From Octopus sinensis (Eukaryota): DNA of 64,000 bases. A program made the translations under genes and the position numbers. This document shows positions 51,849 through 64,000 of this stretch, in pieces. The notes under the pieces are model-generated. The model ran no database searches. It was given only the letters and a program-made list of their open reading frames with translations, and was not told where the DNA came from. Within the stretch, counting starts at the first letter, position 1. The number at the start of each line of letters is the position of its first letter. The stretch spans positions 33,976,001-34,040,000 of the forward strand of contig NC_043008.1 of the NCBI RefSeq assembly GCF_006345805.1, given 5' to 3'.

Positions 51849-54813
51849 TAAATTGGTGATCCCAGCGTATCATTATAAGTTTGGTTCTGCAGCTAGGAAA
51901 TGTATTTCACTTTGTACATTTAAAACACAGGAAAACTAAAAAGCTGAACTCTAAGTGTGACTGCAGCTCCTGGCACATTATCTCCTAGTCACGCATTTCT
52001 CATACTAAATTTCGAGTCTAAGAAAGAATTTCTAGTCGATTCTGGAGTGTCCTGCAGTATATGACCATCTAAATTTGTTAATGAAATCTGTCGCTTCTGA
52101 CATATCTCTTCAATCAGTCAACAGCTCTCTGTTAAAACTTTCGGTGAGATTCACTCACGCTGGACTTGAATCTCAGATGAAGTTTCCAGTGGGTTTCATC
52201 ATTGCTGACCTTCTTCATCCAATCTTATGAGCTGATTTTTCTCCACCCATTTTTCATTATTAGAAGATGTCAAAAAAAAAAAGAGACTTATTGATAGCAG
52301 TACCCAGTTACACACTTTAGGAAATATTTCATTCCACTTCTATCAGCCCACTATTTTTATTGCAGATCAACCAAATATCAAACTTTGATTCAATCCTTTC
52401 CTGAATTAACAAATTTAACTTTCAATGTCAATGCTTCAACACATACAACTATTCATCATATAACCACCAATTGATCTCCCGTTTTCTCATGTCCTAGACG
52501 TTTACCACCTGAAAAACACAAAGCTGCTAAAGCAGAGTTCAGCCACATGCTCCAGCTTCGTATAATTCGTCCCTCAAAGAGTAACTGGTCATCACCACTC
52601 CATTTAGTGAAAAAGAAATCTGGTGATTTTAGATCTACTGGTCACTATAGACGACTCAACGCTATTACCATTCCAGATAGGTATCCTATAACACGTTTTC
52701 AAGATTTTGCATCTTCTCTGCATGGTTGCTCTATTTTCTCGAAAATAGATTTGATACGAACATACCATCAGATTCCTGTAATCCCAAATGATATTCCGAA
52801 ATGGCTATTGCAACTCAATTTGGGTCATTTGAACTTCTTACCATGTTCTTTGGGTTAAGGAACACCGCCAGTACTTTTCTGTGTTTCATTGATGAAGTAA
52901 TATGTGGATTAGATTTTGTCTGCACCTATATTGACGATCTTCTCATTGATAGTTCTTCCAAGAAAGAACATGAGATTCATTTGAAGCAACTTTTTGAACG
53001 GTTTTCACAATAAAAAATTTGTATCAACATTACCAAATGTATTATCAGTGTGCCTTCTCTCACTTTCCTTGGACACACCATTGATAAGGATGGAATAGGG
53101 CCTTTGCCAGAAAAGGTGGAGGCAATCGTACAAATTCCAGTTCCTGTTTCATTAAGATAGCTCAAACAATTTCCTGGATTAGCTAATTTCTATCGACATT
53201 TTATACTTCGTTGTGCTGAAATTTTTTACCCTCTCAGCAATTTACGGCAACACCACAAGAAGAGAACAGAAAAGATCACTTTAACCCCTGCTAAAATACA
53301 AGCTTTTGATGATGCTAAACAGAAACAAGCTCGCATCTCCAAGTTTGCTTGCCCCATTCCTGATGCTGAAATTTCTCTTGTAGTTGACACATGAGAAATT
53401 GGCATCAGCGCAGTCATTCAACAACTTCACCATGGCGAATGTCAACCTCTGGCGATTTTCTCTAAGCCTTTAAAACCAGATGAAACTAAATATAACGCAT
53501 TCAGTTGTGAACTGTTTGCTATTTACCTCTCAGTTAAGCACTTCCAACACATTTTGGAAAGGAGAAACTTCACAATATTTATGGACCATAAGCCGTTATC
53601 ATTCACTTTACACTGCAAGTCACATAAGTTGTCTCCGAAAGACATTCTGCATTTGGATTAAATTTCACGATTCATGAGTGATATATGATATTCCAGTTTC
53701 TGAGAACATTGTTGCAGATTCTTTATCCTGTTTACCTGTAAACACGTTATTGTCAACTGCAGAAATTAATTTGGATGAAATGTAGGAAGATCAACCAGGC
53801 GTTGATTTGAATAATATATACAACAACCAGAACTAATTCCTTTCGACCTCCAACATTTCCCAGTTGTGACATCAAACAAAGAAATCCTTTATGATTTTTC
53901 TTCTGGCAAACCCCACACTTTAGTTCTTCAAAAGCATCTCCGTATCATTTTCTCAGCGCTACACAATATTTCACATCCTGGTATAACAGCAACATTGAAG
54001 CTTATTTCAGCTCATTTCATTTGGCCAAACATGCGTCGAGATATAGCTAATTGGACTTGTATCTGTGTTGACTGTCAAAGATGCAAGGTACATAAACATA
54101 TCCATGCACCGTTAGGTACTTTCTCCACTCCAGATGCACAATTCCAGCACATGTTGATATAGTAGAGCCTTGGTCTGTGTGTCAGGGCTACAAGGTTTTT
54201 ATTAACCTGTATTGATCGTTTTTCCCACTGGCTAGAAGTCATTCCACTCACAGACATCTCTTCTCTAACTGTAGCACAAGTTCCTGAAAACAGGCAAGAT
54301 ATCGATACTATAAATTTTATTGAATGCTTGCATGATTATATGTCAAAGTTACCACATATGAACACCAGAAAACAAGACATTAAAACATATTTGCCTAAGG
54401 ACTATTCTTCCTGGACTCATGTTTTTATTTGCAACGATGCCATTCAACATCCTTTAACAGCACCGTATTCAGGACTCTTTCATGTACTTTCTTGCACAGA
54501 TAAAAGTTTTCATCTTAGGTCTTAACAGTTGTAAAGGCACTATTTCTGTTGATAGACTAAAAACGGCTCACATTGAAAAAACTATTTCCAACCCCATTAC
54601 AGACAACACACACACAGCATTACAAATACATCCTTTGCACATACCTTCACAAATTCTGACTACCAAAAGCGGTAGACAAGTGCATTGGTCCAAGAATTTA
54701 ACAAACATTTATTACATTTGAACTGTGATATTGTTTCTACAGTTTGACATTTTGTGATGTATACATTTTTGTTATTTTCATTATTGTATAACGTTACCTC
54801 TGCTTAGGGTGTG

Positions 54814-55376
54814 TGTAGTGGTCTGTGTAGCTAAATAGTTGAATGATCTCCCTTACAAGGAAGATTATAGAGTAACCTCCCTTTATTAAGTTTCTCGAAG
54901 CATCTATGTCATGAGACGTGATTCATAATTATTCAAGAAGCTTAGCGTTTCTCTTGGAAGTTTCTAGAATGTCTAGCGTTCCATTAATAAAAACAGCTTG
55001 CAAACCCTGCTTTTCGCTTCTTAGTCAATTAGACTAAGAGCCATTCACATAATTGCCATGTCCATCTATTTCTCTATGCCACATGACTGAAAACCACCAC
55101 TTAGCTGTTATTTCTACATTTTCCGTCTCTGAACTTTCTTGCATAGATTACTTCATTCAATTAGATTCTACATTTTGATTATGTATCATCATCGACCAGT
55201 AAATAAAATATATCTTTATGTAGTAAAATATATTTTACAACATAAATGCAGTAAAATATATATTTATGTAGTAAAGATATAGTGCTTGAATTTATTCTTC
55301 ATCTCTATATGAATTCTTGTAATAATATACACGCAGCTATTTCACCACCTGGTACTGAATATGTATTTCTACTACA
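54814..55376 (+). repeat. 3' LTR (two extra segments relative to the 5' LTR)
   Basis: tgtagtggtc...ctactaca. Confidence 0.95.
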
Positions 55377-55419
55377 AATCATATGATTTCACTTAGATAG
55401 TATCTGTTGAAAAACAGCA

Positions 55420-55560
55420 GCTAAGATTCGATGGATATTTGTCCTCATCGTGTTTGTTGTTAACACGTTTCGGCTGATATACCTTCCAGTCTTCTTCAGG
55501 TGTCATGGGGAAATTTCGAACCTGGTTCTCATTCCTAAGGTATTTTTCGATATTGTTATA
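55420..55560 (-). mobile_element. Penelope-derived repeat with degenerate hammerhead motif
   Basis: Minus strand gacac-CTGAAGA-agactg...cagcc-GAAA-cgtgtt. Confidence 0.45.
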
Positions 55561-57053
55561 ATTATTATCGTTGTTAGTGTTGGAATCGAACTCGCTCTTA
55601 ACCACTATGCTATCAATAAAGTTTAAAAAAAAAAGAGGTAAAAATCTTAAGGACTTGTTGTGAATGCCCTGAGAAATACTGTCAGCCATACAACCTTAGA
55701 ATTTCTGGATGAGTATACTTTAACAAAAACCTGGAAGAAACTGCTCTGCTTACCAAAAATGGTTATGCATGAATATGAGTTTGTTTGCATTAACTTAAGA
55801 ATGATGTTAATATTAACATTAACAATAGGTTGGCAAACTGGTAGAATTGATAGCACAGCAGACAAAATGGTTAGCAGCATTTCATCCATATCCATGTTTT
55901 GAATTCAAATTCCACCAAGGTCAACTTTACCTGCCTTCCTTTTTTGGTTGACAAGATAAGTACCAGCGGAGCACTGGAGTTGATGAAATTAACGTATTTT
56001 ATTGACTTGTTTTATGACTAACATCCTCCTCATCATAGTTCTATTGTTTTCAGTGGCAACAGACATTCTCTGAATAAATGAAAATATTAAACATGTAAGT
56101 ACTGTACAGGAATATCTGTGAGAAGATTTGTGAATCATAGACAAAAAAAAAAAGAAAAAGAAAATAAAGGAATACTAAGGATTGTTTTTGAAGTGAATTT
56201 TCAAATTCTGTTTGTTACTTTAAAGAACGTCCTGCTCTCAGCTACTATTCAAGTGAATTACACATACGCACATATGTATGTGTATACAAATATGCATGTA
56301 TACATGTAAACATGTGCCTATATTTATATATAATTGCCTATATAACACACACACACACACATTTAATTAGTCACACCAATATACTAAAATTACGAACACA
56401 TGTACTCATACAATCTCATTGACCAAATATATCTCACTTTAGAATCAAGCCCCAAATTTGTTAGGAGTGGATTAGATGCAGCTGTGTAGCACATATATAT
56501 TGATTCACCATACTCTTCATTAGAATTAGTTTACCAAACCAACAAAAGAACTAACAAGCAAGCTGATCCCAACAAGATTTGAAATCAGAATATAAAGGAT
56601 CAAAATTATTAAAAAAAAAAATTTACCTTGACACCGTACTGATTCAGATCAGTCACTGATTTGTGGAAATTATATTTTTAATTAACCAGTAAGTTGTGGT
56701 TCCTTATTTCCTCTACTTGTTTGTTTTTATCTTTTATCTTTCACTTGCTTTATTCATTGAACTGTAGAACATGCTGGGACACAACCTTGAAGGGTTCAGG
56801 AGTTCTCAACCATTTCTCACCTACAGACCCCTTTCATTACTATTTTATTCTGGTGGACCCCCATCTCATTACTCTTCAATGTTCAAAAACTAGTTTTATA
56901 GAAACTTCTTTTAAAATTCCTATTTTGTTTTTCACACTTTAACTTGAGTAGGTCGAACTATATAAAATGTTAGAGAAAAAGCATCCAGCTGTTTCCTGCA
57001 ATACATAACAATACATACATCGAAAGCAAAATTTTTTCAGGATCCCCAATCTA

Positions 57054-57591
57054 TTGGGTTGTCCGGAAAGTTTGTGCTGATTTATAGTAGCTTATTTTCG
57101 ACTTATTTTAGAACATGGTTGAGTCCATAAAATAGGATTTGACTACACCTCCATTTAGAGCACAGTTTAAGCTATCTTTTCGAGGAAGAAGTTTTATGTT
57201 CCTATAACCTGTGTTAATTCTATGCACACTTTCTTATCTTCCATTTTAAAATAGAAGATAAGAAAGTTCATTTTCGGCACTTGATGCCTGTGTATTACTC
57301 CATATTCACCAGATATTGTTCTTTCGGATTTCCACTTATTGAGGTCTCTGCAGAATAGTCTTGAGGGTAAAAATTTCAATTCCTTGGATGACATAAAAAG
57401 ATACCTTGATGAATTCTTTGCCATTAAACCACCTCAGTTCTGGGAAGAGGGTATTTTCAAGTTAAAGGAAAGATGGAGATGCATTGTGCAACAAAATGGT
57501 TCATATTTAGTTGATTAAAAATGTAATGGCAAGTATTTATTGACCTTTTTCTTTCCTTTTAAAATCAGCAGGAACTTTCCAGACAACCCAA
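57054..57591 (+). mobile_element. Internally deleted mariner (538 bp) with intact TIRs and TA TSDs
   Basis: TA|ttgggttgtccggaaagtt ... aactttccagacaacccaa|TA; EDKKVHFRHLM fused to PYSPDIVLSDFHL...NGSYLVD*. Confidence 0.9.
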
Positions 57592-58975
57592 TATTATTTT
57601 GTTGCTTGGACCCACAAAAATCTTATATAGGTCCTGAGGGTCCATCTGGTTCAGATGAACATATTAATCCCAGTACTTATTTATAAGCTAGGTACTTATT
57701 CTATTCGGCTCTATCATCAGACCACTAATTTATGAGGATGTAAGCAACAATGACGCCCACAACAGAATCTAAACATACCACCTGCTGTATTCATTATTAT
57801 TTCTTCTCGGAGCAAACTTGGAAATGTCCAAAATTTATTGGAAAATAGTCATTTGTGCTTTCTTATGACAGGTCGAATTTGCCTTTCATCCTTTCAGGGT
57901 TGATAAAAAAAGCACTAATCCAGGGTGATGGATGAGCAGAATGGCAAAAACATTGGATCAAGTGCTTTGTGGCATTTGTTCAACTCGATGTGTTTTTGAG
58001 TTCAAATCTTGTCATATTCCTGTTTTGTTGAGAATCTTAATTTGTGATCTAGTTTAACATCCCTGCCTGCCATCTTAGGTGCTTTCACTGGAGTCCACTA
58101 TATTCTTTTATAATCTAGGCACAAGGCCCAAAATTTTGGGGGAGGGCCAGTCAATTAGATCGACTCCAGTATGCTACTGGTACTTAATTTATCCACCCTG
58201 AAAGGATGAAAGGTAAAGCCAACCTCAGCAGAATTTGAACTCAGAATGTAAAGATAGGCAAAATACTGCTAAGCATTTTGCCCAGCATGCTAATGTTTCT
58301 GCCAGCTCACCACCTTAGGAGTCCTTTGTATTGCACACATTCAGATCAGGTCTTTGATTTGAGGTTACTTTCCTTCCTCCTCCCCACTCATCTCAGAGTG
58401 TTCTGTATGTATGTGTATATATACACACACATTAGTATACATACATACATACATACATGCATAAATACATACATACATACATACATACATACATACACAC
58501 ACATATTAGTATATACATACATACATACATACATACATACATACATACATACATACATACACTCACACATATATATAAATAGATTTTCACTACACATAAA
58601 TGTAAATAGGATAACAGTATTGATGAGGATATTATGTTTAGTAACAAATACTAATTGTATTAAAAATGCATTGTAGTGTGTATATACAGATATATATTAT
58701 AAAATTTATTGGCAGTAATAAGCTTGTAATTTTTTTTATTGCTATATAAATGCACATTCCCTTAACATTTCATCCTTTAGCACTGCATTTTCCATTATTA
58801 ATGTTCAAGCTTCATCCTTGTTGAATGTTTTTCCAGCTTTCTTCTCACATGCATGCCATATATATATACTTACACATATATGCTATAGAATATATACAAT
58901 GATATCACCCCAACATATTAACACATGCTGTCTTAAAGATAGCACGTCTGCACTAGTATATATGTATTATATTAC

Positions 58976-59053
58976 ATATATTATATTATATTATATTATA
59001 TTATATTATATTATATTATATTATATTATATTATATTATATTATATTATATTA
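58976..59053. repeat. (TATTA)n pentanucleotide microsatellite
   Basis: Direct run. Confidence 0.95.
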
Positions 59054-61342
59054 ATATCACTCATCAGTTGTCAACCAAATATTTATATTGAGCATACATA
59101 TACACATATACATGTCTGCCATTTCTATTTTGTTGTAATCTCCACTATTTCACATTTGCATGAGTTACATGTAACTTGTTGAAGCTGGATTTTCTGTGGT
59201 TTGACCACCTTCCTGTTCCCAACACTCACCTGCTTACAACAAAGGTAAAATTTCATCCAGACCTTTGAACAATGAACAGTTTAGTGTTCAGAACATGCCT
59301 TTGTAGATGTTTCCTTCTTTTCAGAAATACTAAGTACAAGTATACCATTATCCATCCGTATACCTTTCTCAGCCACAATGCCACAAATCTCTTTAGTTTG
59401 CTATCTCACAATCCAGATCATATTTCTGATCTTAATGACAAAAAACATTAGCAAATTTCTCCCATTCTACTTTATACTTTGCTAAATAAATTTGTCACAC
59501 AGTTTCCCTTCTACTTACTTGGTATCATTCTCAGTTTTACCCTTTTTCCAGTTTTTTCCAAGCCTGTCTCTGCTACTATGGTTCTGTCCACTTCACTGAT
59601 TCACCACATCACCTTCTTTCTGGCTGGAATAGCACTGCCACCCAGCCTCCCCACCAATCTAATTACCCTGCTCATTCCAGGCTGAGTAGGAGATGCAAAA
59701 ATCTCAAAATTGTCAAAACTAGGTGTTAAAGCACATGTGTTGGAAATTCTGGTCTTGCTGATGGCTGTTATATCCAAGGTGATCTTGCTTCCAGGATAAT
59801 TCCAGACAATATGCACTTATGCATCCCATTCTCAGAACCAGCAATCTGGCTGAAAGATAATGATGAGAAAAGGAAACAAGTTACTTACCCATTTTGTGGT
59901 TCTGGAGATGATGTAATTCAGTTTCCATGGAGTTTTAGGTTTTATTTGAAAAGTCCTTTTGAAGCCTTCTACTGGTCCTTACATTCAAACTTCGTACATC
60001 CCTCTATATTTTATATGTCCCCAAGTAAGTCCAGCTTTATTAATTTCATTTTTCTTTTTTTGTTTTGCACTTTGAAAGAGCTGTACCGGACCCTCTATTT
60101 AATTGCTTTTAGTTTCCCTTCTATGAAGGGCATCAAATTTTTATTTGTGTTCCTTATCAGCACAAAGTTTGAAGTGGATGTATTTTGTTGTTGTTGTTGT
60201 TGTGTTATATATCAGTCTACTATGTTTTCTTTTTGTTGGGGTGTATGTTGTTGGTGGAAGTATTCATTGTGGATTTCTTTATGCTGGATGTGACTGTAGT
60301 TTCAATGATGCAGTTATGGCTTGTTCAGAGCAAGTGCATCCTTTTATTTTTTATTTTCTTCTTATTATATTTATTTTATTTTTTTATTCTTTTACTTGTT
60401 TCAATCATTTTACTGCAGCCATGCTGGAGCACCACTTTGAAGGGTTTTAGTCAAACGAATAGACCATATGACTTATTTTTTAAAGCCTACTAGTACTTAT
60501 TCTATCAGTTTCTTTTGTTGAATCACAAAGTTACAGGGATATAAACACACCAACACCAGTTACCAGTTACCAAGAGTTGATGGAGGTATACAAACACAGA
60601 CACAAAGACACACACACACATCAATATATATATATATACACACACACATATACATATGATGGGCTTCTTTCAGTTTCCATCTACCAAATCCTCTCACAAG
60701 GCTTTGGTTAGCCTGAGGCTATAGTAGAATCATTTGTCCAAAGTGCCATGCAGTGAGACTGAACCCAGAATCGAGCAGTTAAGAAGCAGACTTCTTACCA
60801 CACAGCCATGCTTGCACCTACCACACAGCCATATTTTTATTTTTAATTGGTTGTCCCTCCTCACAAGATGATATTTACACTTGAGAAAAGACCAGCATAG
60901 GGGGGAGCATAAGAATGTTTGTGTGTGTTTGAAAAAGTTAGGGAGAGAGGAATAGTAATCAAGGGGGAGTTTGTATATTATTTACATTATTTACACTCAA
61001 TGGATATTTGTCCTCATCCTTACATCAGTCGAAAGTAAATAATGTAAATAATGTACATAATTCCTTATCTCTTAAAGATAGAACTGTAAGAGGGAGTTTG
61101 GTTGAACATTTTCCTAGGTGGTATGTTTACATTCTGCTGTGGATGTCATTGTTGTTGTTACTAATGTTATTGGTGCCAGTGCAACAGCTGTTGTCCTTCC
61201 CTTTACTGCTGTTGCTGCTGACATTACTGTTGTACACTGTTGCTGCCAGTGGGGCTTCAACATCAGCAGTATTCTTCACGAGGACCTCTATATTCCCAAG
61301 ATAAGCCTTTTGTCCAACACTGAAACAATTCAATTCTACAAT

Positions 61343-61368
61343 CTCAATAACTTAATAATAATAATAAT

Positions 61369-61414
<46 letters not shown>

Positions 61415-61432
61415 GTAATAATAATAATAATA

Positions 61433-61519
<87 letters not shown>

Positions 61520-61545
61520 TAATAATAATAATAATAATAATAAGA
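61343..61545. repeat. (AAT)n microsatellite
   Basis: Direct run with few interruptions. Confidence 0.95.
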
Positions 61546-61689
61546 AGAAGAAGAATGGTTTCAAATTTTGGTACAAGGCCAGCAATTTGTAGGGAGGGGA
61601 TATGTCAATTACCTCAGTGTTTATTTTTTCAATACCAAAAGGATGAAGGACAATGTCAGCCTTGGTGGAATAATAATAATAATAATTCT

Positions 61690-62138
61690 ACTCAATACCA
61701 CAGATTTGCTCATCAGTTGTTTGACCTGAACCAATTGAGCATGGCTGATGATATGTGCATCCCTGGTTATGAGCTGAAGTAGTGGGGTAGCATCATAGCC
61801 ACATGTTGAGAAGAATTCTTTGTGGTTCGAATAATTCACCTTTTGGAAATATGGTTGTTTTGTTCCACATGCTTAAACAACCCTTATTCAGGGAGCTTTT
61901 GAGCAGAGTGGGCTACTCAACCAGAACAAAACTCTAACTGGGACCCACCTGCAAGGTTATGTGCTGTTTATCTTGATATGAGATCACTATGTTGCACACA
62001 TGTAGTTGTGATGCATGTGTCCGGTGTATTCTTATCATATGGGTAGTCATGATGGGTATATTGGGCTTTGTACCCCAGTGTCACTTTGATATCATGCACT
62101 GCTCTCTCACTCACTCAATAAAAATAATAATAATAATG

Positions 62139-62190
<52 letters not shown>

Positions 62191-62200
62191 TAATAATAAT
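61690..62200 (+). mobile_element. SINE/LINE-tail repeat ending in (AAT)n; second copy at 63400-63915
   Basis: Shared ctcaataccacagatt..., gtaccccagtgtcactttgat...ctctcactcaataa(taa)n. Confidence 0.7.
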
Positions 62201-62519
62201 AACAAGAGCACTCAGAGAGTGCAAACCTTCAATGAGGCAACACCAATGTCCTCTTGACAATTAGCCAGAGATGATTATTAAAATGAGAATATCTGAAATA
62301 AAGTCGACTGCTTTCACAAATGAGAATACTAAAAATGAACCCGACTGCTTTCAAAAATTAAGTAAAAAAGAACCTGAAAAATAATCTAGTATTTTTGTCC
62401 GGTCCCAATGGTAGTCATGGAATGTAAAGGTGGGTGTGTAGGCCGTGTTTGTAACACTGTGTGTGTGTGTTCTCTGCAGTGAGAAGAGACAGTTTTCTCT
62501 ATGAAGGCCTATTCATATT

Positions 62520-63330
62520 CTTTCCAACTGTTCATTAGCATTGAAGAGGTATACATGGAGACACAACTTGGTCCTTAAGGTTATCTTCAATGCTATAAAG
62601 AGCCAAATTCATCTCAACAACACTGAGAAAAAACCGTCTAGAGATTTCGTTACCTTTGTGTGATCAGGCCAGCGGGGCCGTTTCAAGAAGAAGATCAAGA
62701 AATTTCCTGTGAGAGATGAAAAGTGGAATGGCTATTGGGAGGTGACTGCAGATTTGCCTGGGTGCCAGGGATTCTTTCCCATCCCAATTATGAAGAAACC
62801 AGACATTTTGATGTGGTGTGAAAGAAGGAAAGTTGTAAATCTAGTCGAATTAAGGGTTCCTCATGAAGATAATATGGACGCCACTCGGGCTCAAAAGATT
62901 GACCATTATGTAAATCTCCTCGAGGAATGTGAAGACACAGGCTGGAAAGCGGAACATTTTCCAATCGAAGTCGGATGTAGAGGGTTCGTTGGACACAGTG
63001 TGAGACGACTGTTGTTATCATTAGGCCTAACTCATCGTAAAGTCAATACCACCATGACTGATATCCAAACTACAGTGGAGAAGGCTAGCCACTGGATTTG
63101 GTTAAAAAGAGACGATGAGCGATGGCTAGAAGAATATTGAGCTTTATTTGATAACCAGCTGATCTAGCAAGCAGGGTCTCATATCAGTGAGGGGGTGGGG
63201 GCGGTGCGTGTTGATGCTGTTGAGAGGAAGGTCCCGAAATGGCATGCATTCTCTCCTGATCACCCCATACACTTGCTGGCTTCTGATATGCAGAGTTTTT
63301 GACTGGTAGCACTTGCATGTGCAAGTTGTT
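62520..63330 (+). mobile_element. HERO-like non-LTR retrotransposon 3' end (restriction-like endonuclease)
   Basis: RYTWRHNLVLK...KKPDILMWCERRKVVNLVELRVPHEDN...FPIEVGCRGFV...KASHWIWLKR; PD-(D/E)xK-type endonuclease signature as in HERO elements. Confidence 0.8.
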
Positions 63331-63850
63331 TGCAAGACATGATTGGAAGTGTTATCATGTACATGTTTCGTCTTGGTATAAAAGATGGGCTACAGCAAAT
63401 ATTCTGCTCAATACCACAGATTCGCTTGTCAGTTGCTTGACCATAACCAGTTGAGCATGTTCTTTAATGGCTGACAGTATGTACATCTTTGGTCACAAGC
63501 AGAAGCAGTTGGTGAGCATCATAGCTATGTGTTGAAAGGAATTCTTTGGGGTTTGAATAATTCATCCCTGGAAACATGGGTGTCTTGTTCATCATCCTTC
63601 AACAAACCCTATTCAAGGACTTTTGAGCAGGATGGGGCTACTCAACCTGAAGAAAGACACCACCTGGTCATGCACTGTTTATCTTGATATGAAATCACAT
63701 GTCATGCATATATGGTTGTGATGCACCCTTATCAGACAGGTAGTCATGATATGTATATTGAGCTTCATATATTTGTACCCCAGTGTCACTTTGATGGCAT
63801 GCACTACTCTCTCACTCAATAATAATAACAATAATAATGATAATAATAAC

Positions 63851-63892
<42 letters not shown>

Positions 63893-64000
63893 TAATAATA
63901 ATAATAATGATAATAATAATAGCAACAACAATTAAATTTGATTAATTTATATTTTATTGGCTAAAGACAAAGATAGCGCCCATGACTAAACAGATCCTCC

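Larger units (their letters stand above)
51361..55376 (+). mobile_element. Gypsy LTR retrotransposon with both LTRs, gag almost wholly deleted, decayed pol
   Basis: LTRs TG...CA at 51361-51848 and 54814-55376; PBS-like tggtgatccc; purine tract before the 3' LTR; flanks aatt/aatc; FLVDSG protease, IIRPSKSNWSSPLHLVKKK / KIDLIRTYHQIP / TYIDDLLI RT, HISHPG...WPNM integrase. Confidence 0.95.

Noticed and set aside
59450-59900. CR1-like RT on the minus strand or a hydrophobic ORF (59811-60293)
   Set aside because: Motifs are fragmentary, with no convincing splice or domain support.

Overview
AT-rich, microsatellite-dense animal nuclear DNA. It is very probably a coleoid cephalopod (Octopus-like), inferred from SINE families and mitochondrial-insert protein motifs recognised by eye. 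Most of the window is decayed transposable elements: RTE/BovB, RTE-X-like, R4/Dong, HERO, Tx1/L1 and CR1/Jockey LINEs, three Gypsy LTR relics, mariners, hAT and TA-flanked MITEs, Helitron pieces, Penelope-like ends and SINEs. Three things stand out. (1) A phase-consistent six-exon + strand model (7685-38328, 909 nt, 302 codons + stop) for a type I membrane protein: signal-like N-terminus, PLAT/LH2-like domain, S/T stalk, TM helix and a tail rich in Tyr signalling motifs. It has two in-frame stops (TAA, TGA) but no frameshift. (2) A cytb/(trnT)/nad4L nuclear-mitochondrial insertion starting about 20 bp after that stop codon, split at a single junction by 2.47 kb of nested inserts. (3) Inside that insert, a ~355-bp tandem repeat folded back on itself, each full unit carrying a minimal type I hammerhead ribozyme with a U3-A8 variant core (retrozyme-like). 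All calls come from manual reading and translation; no database search was run and TE boundaries are approximate.
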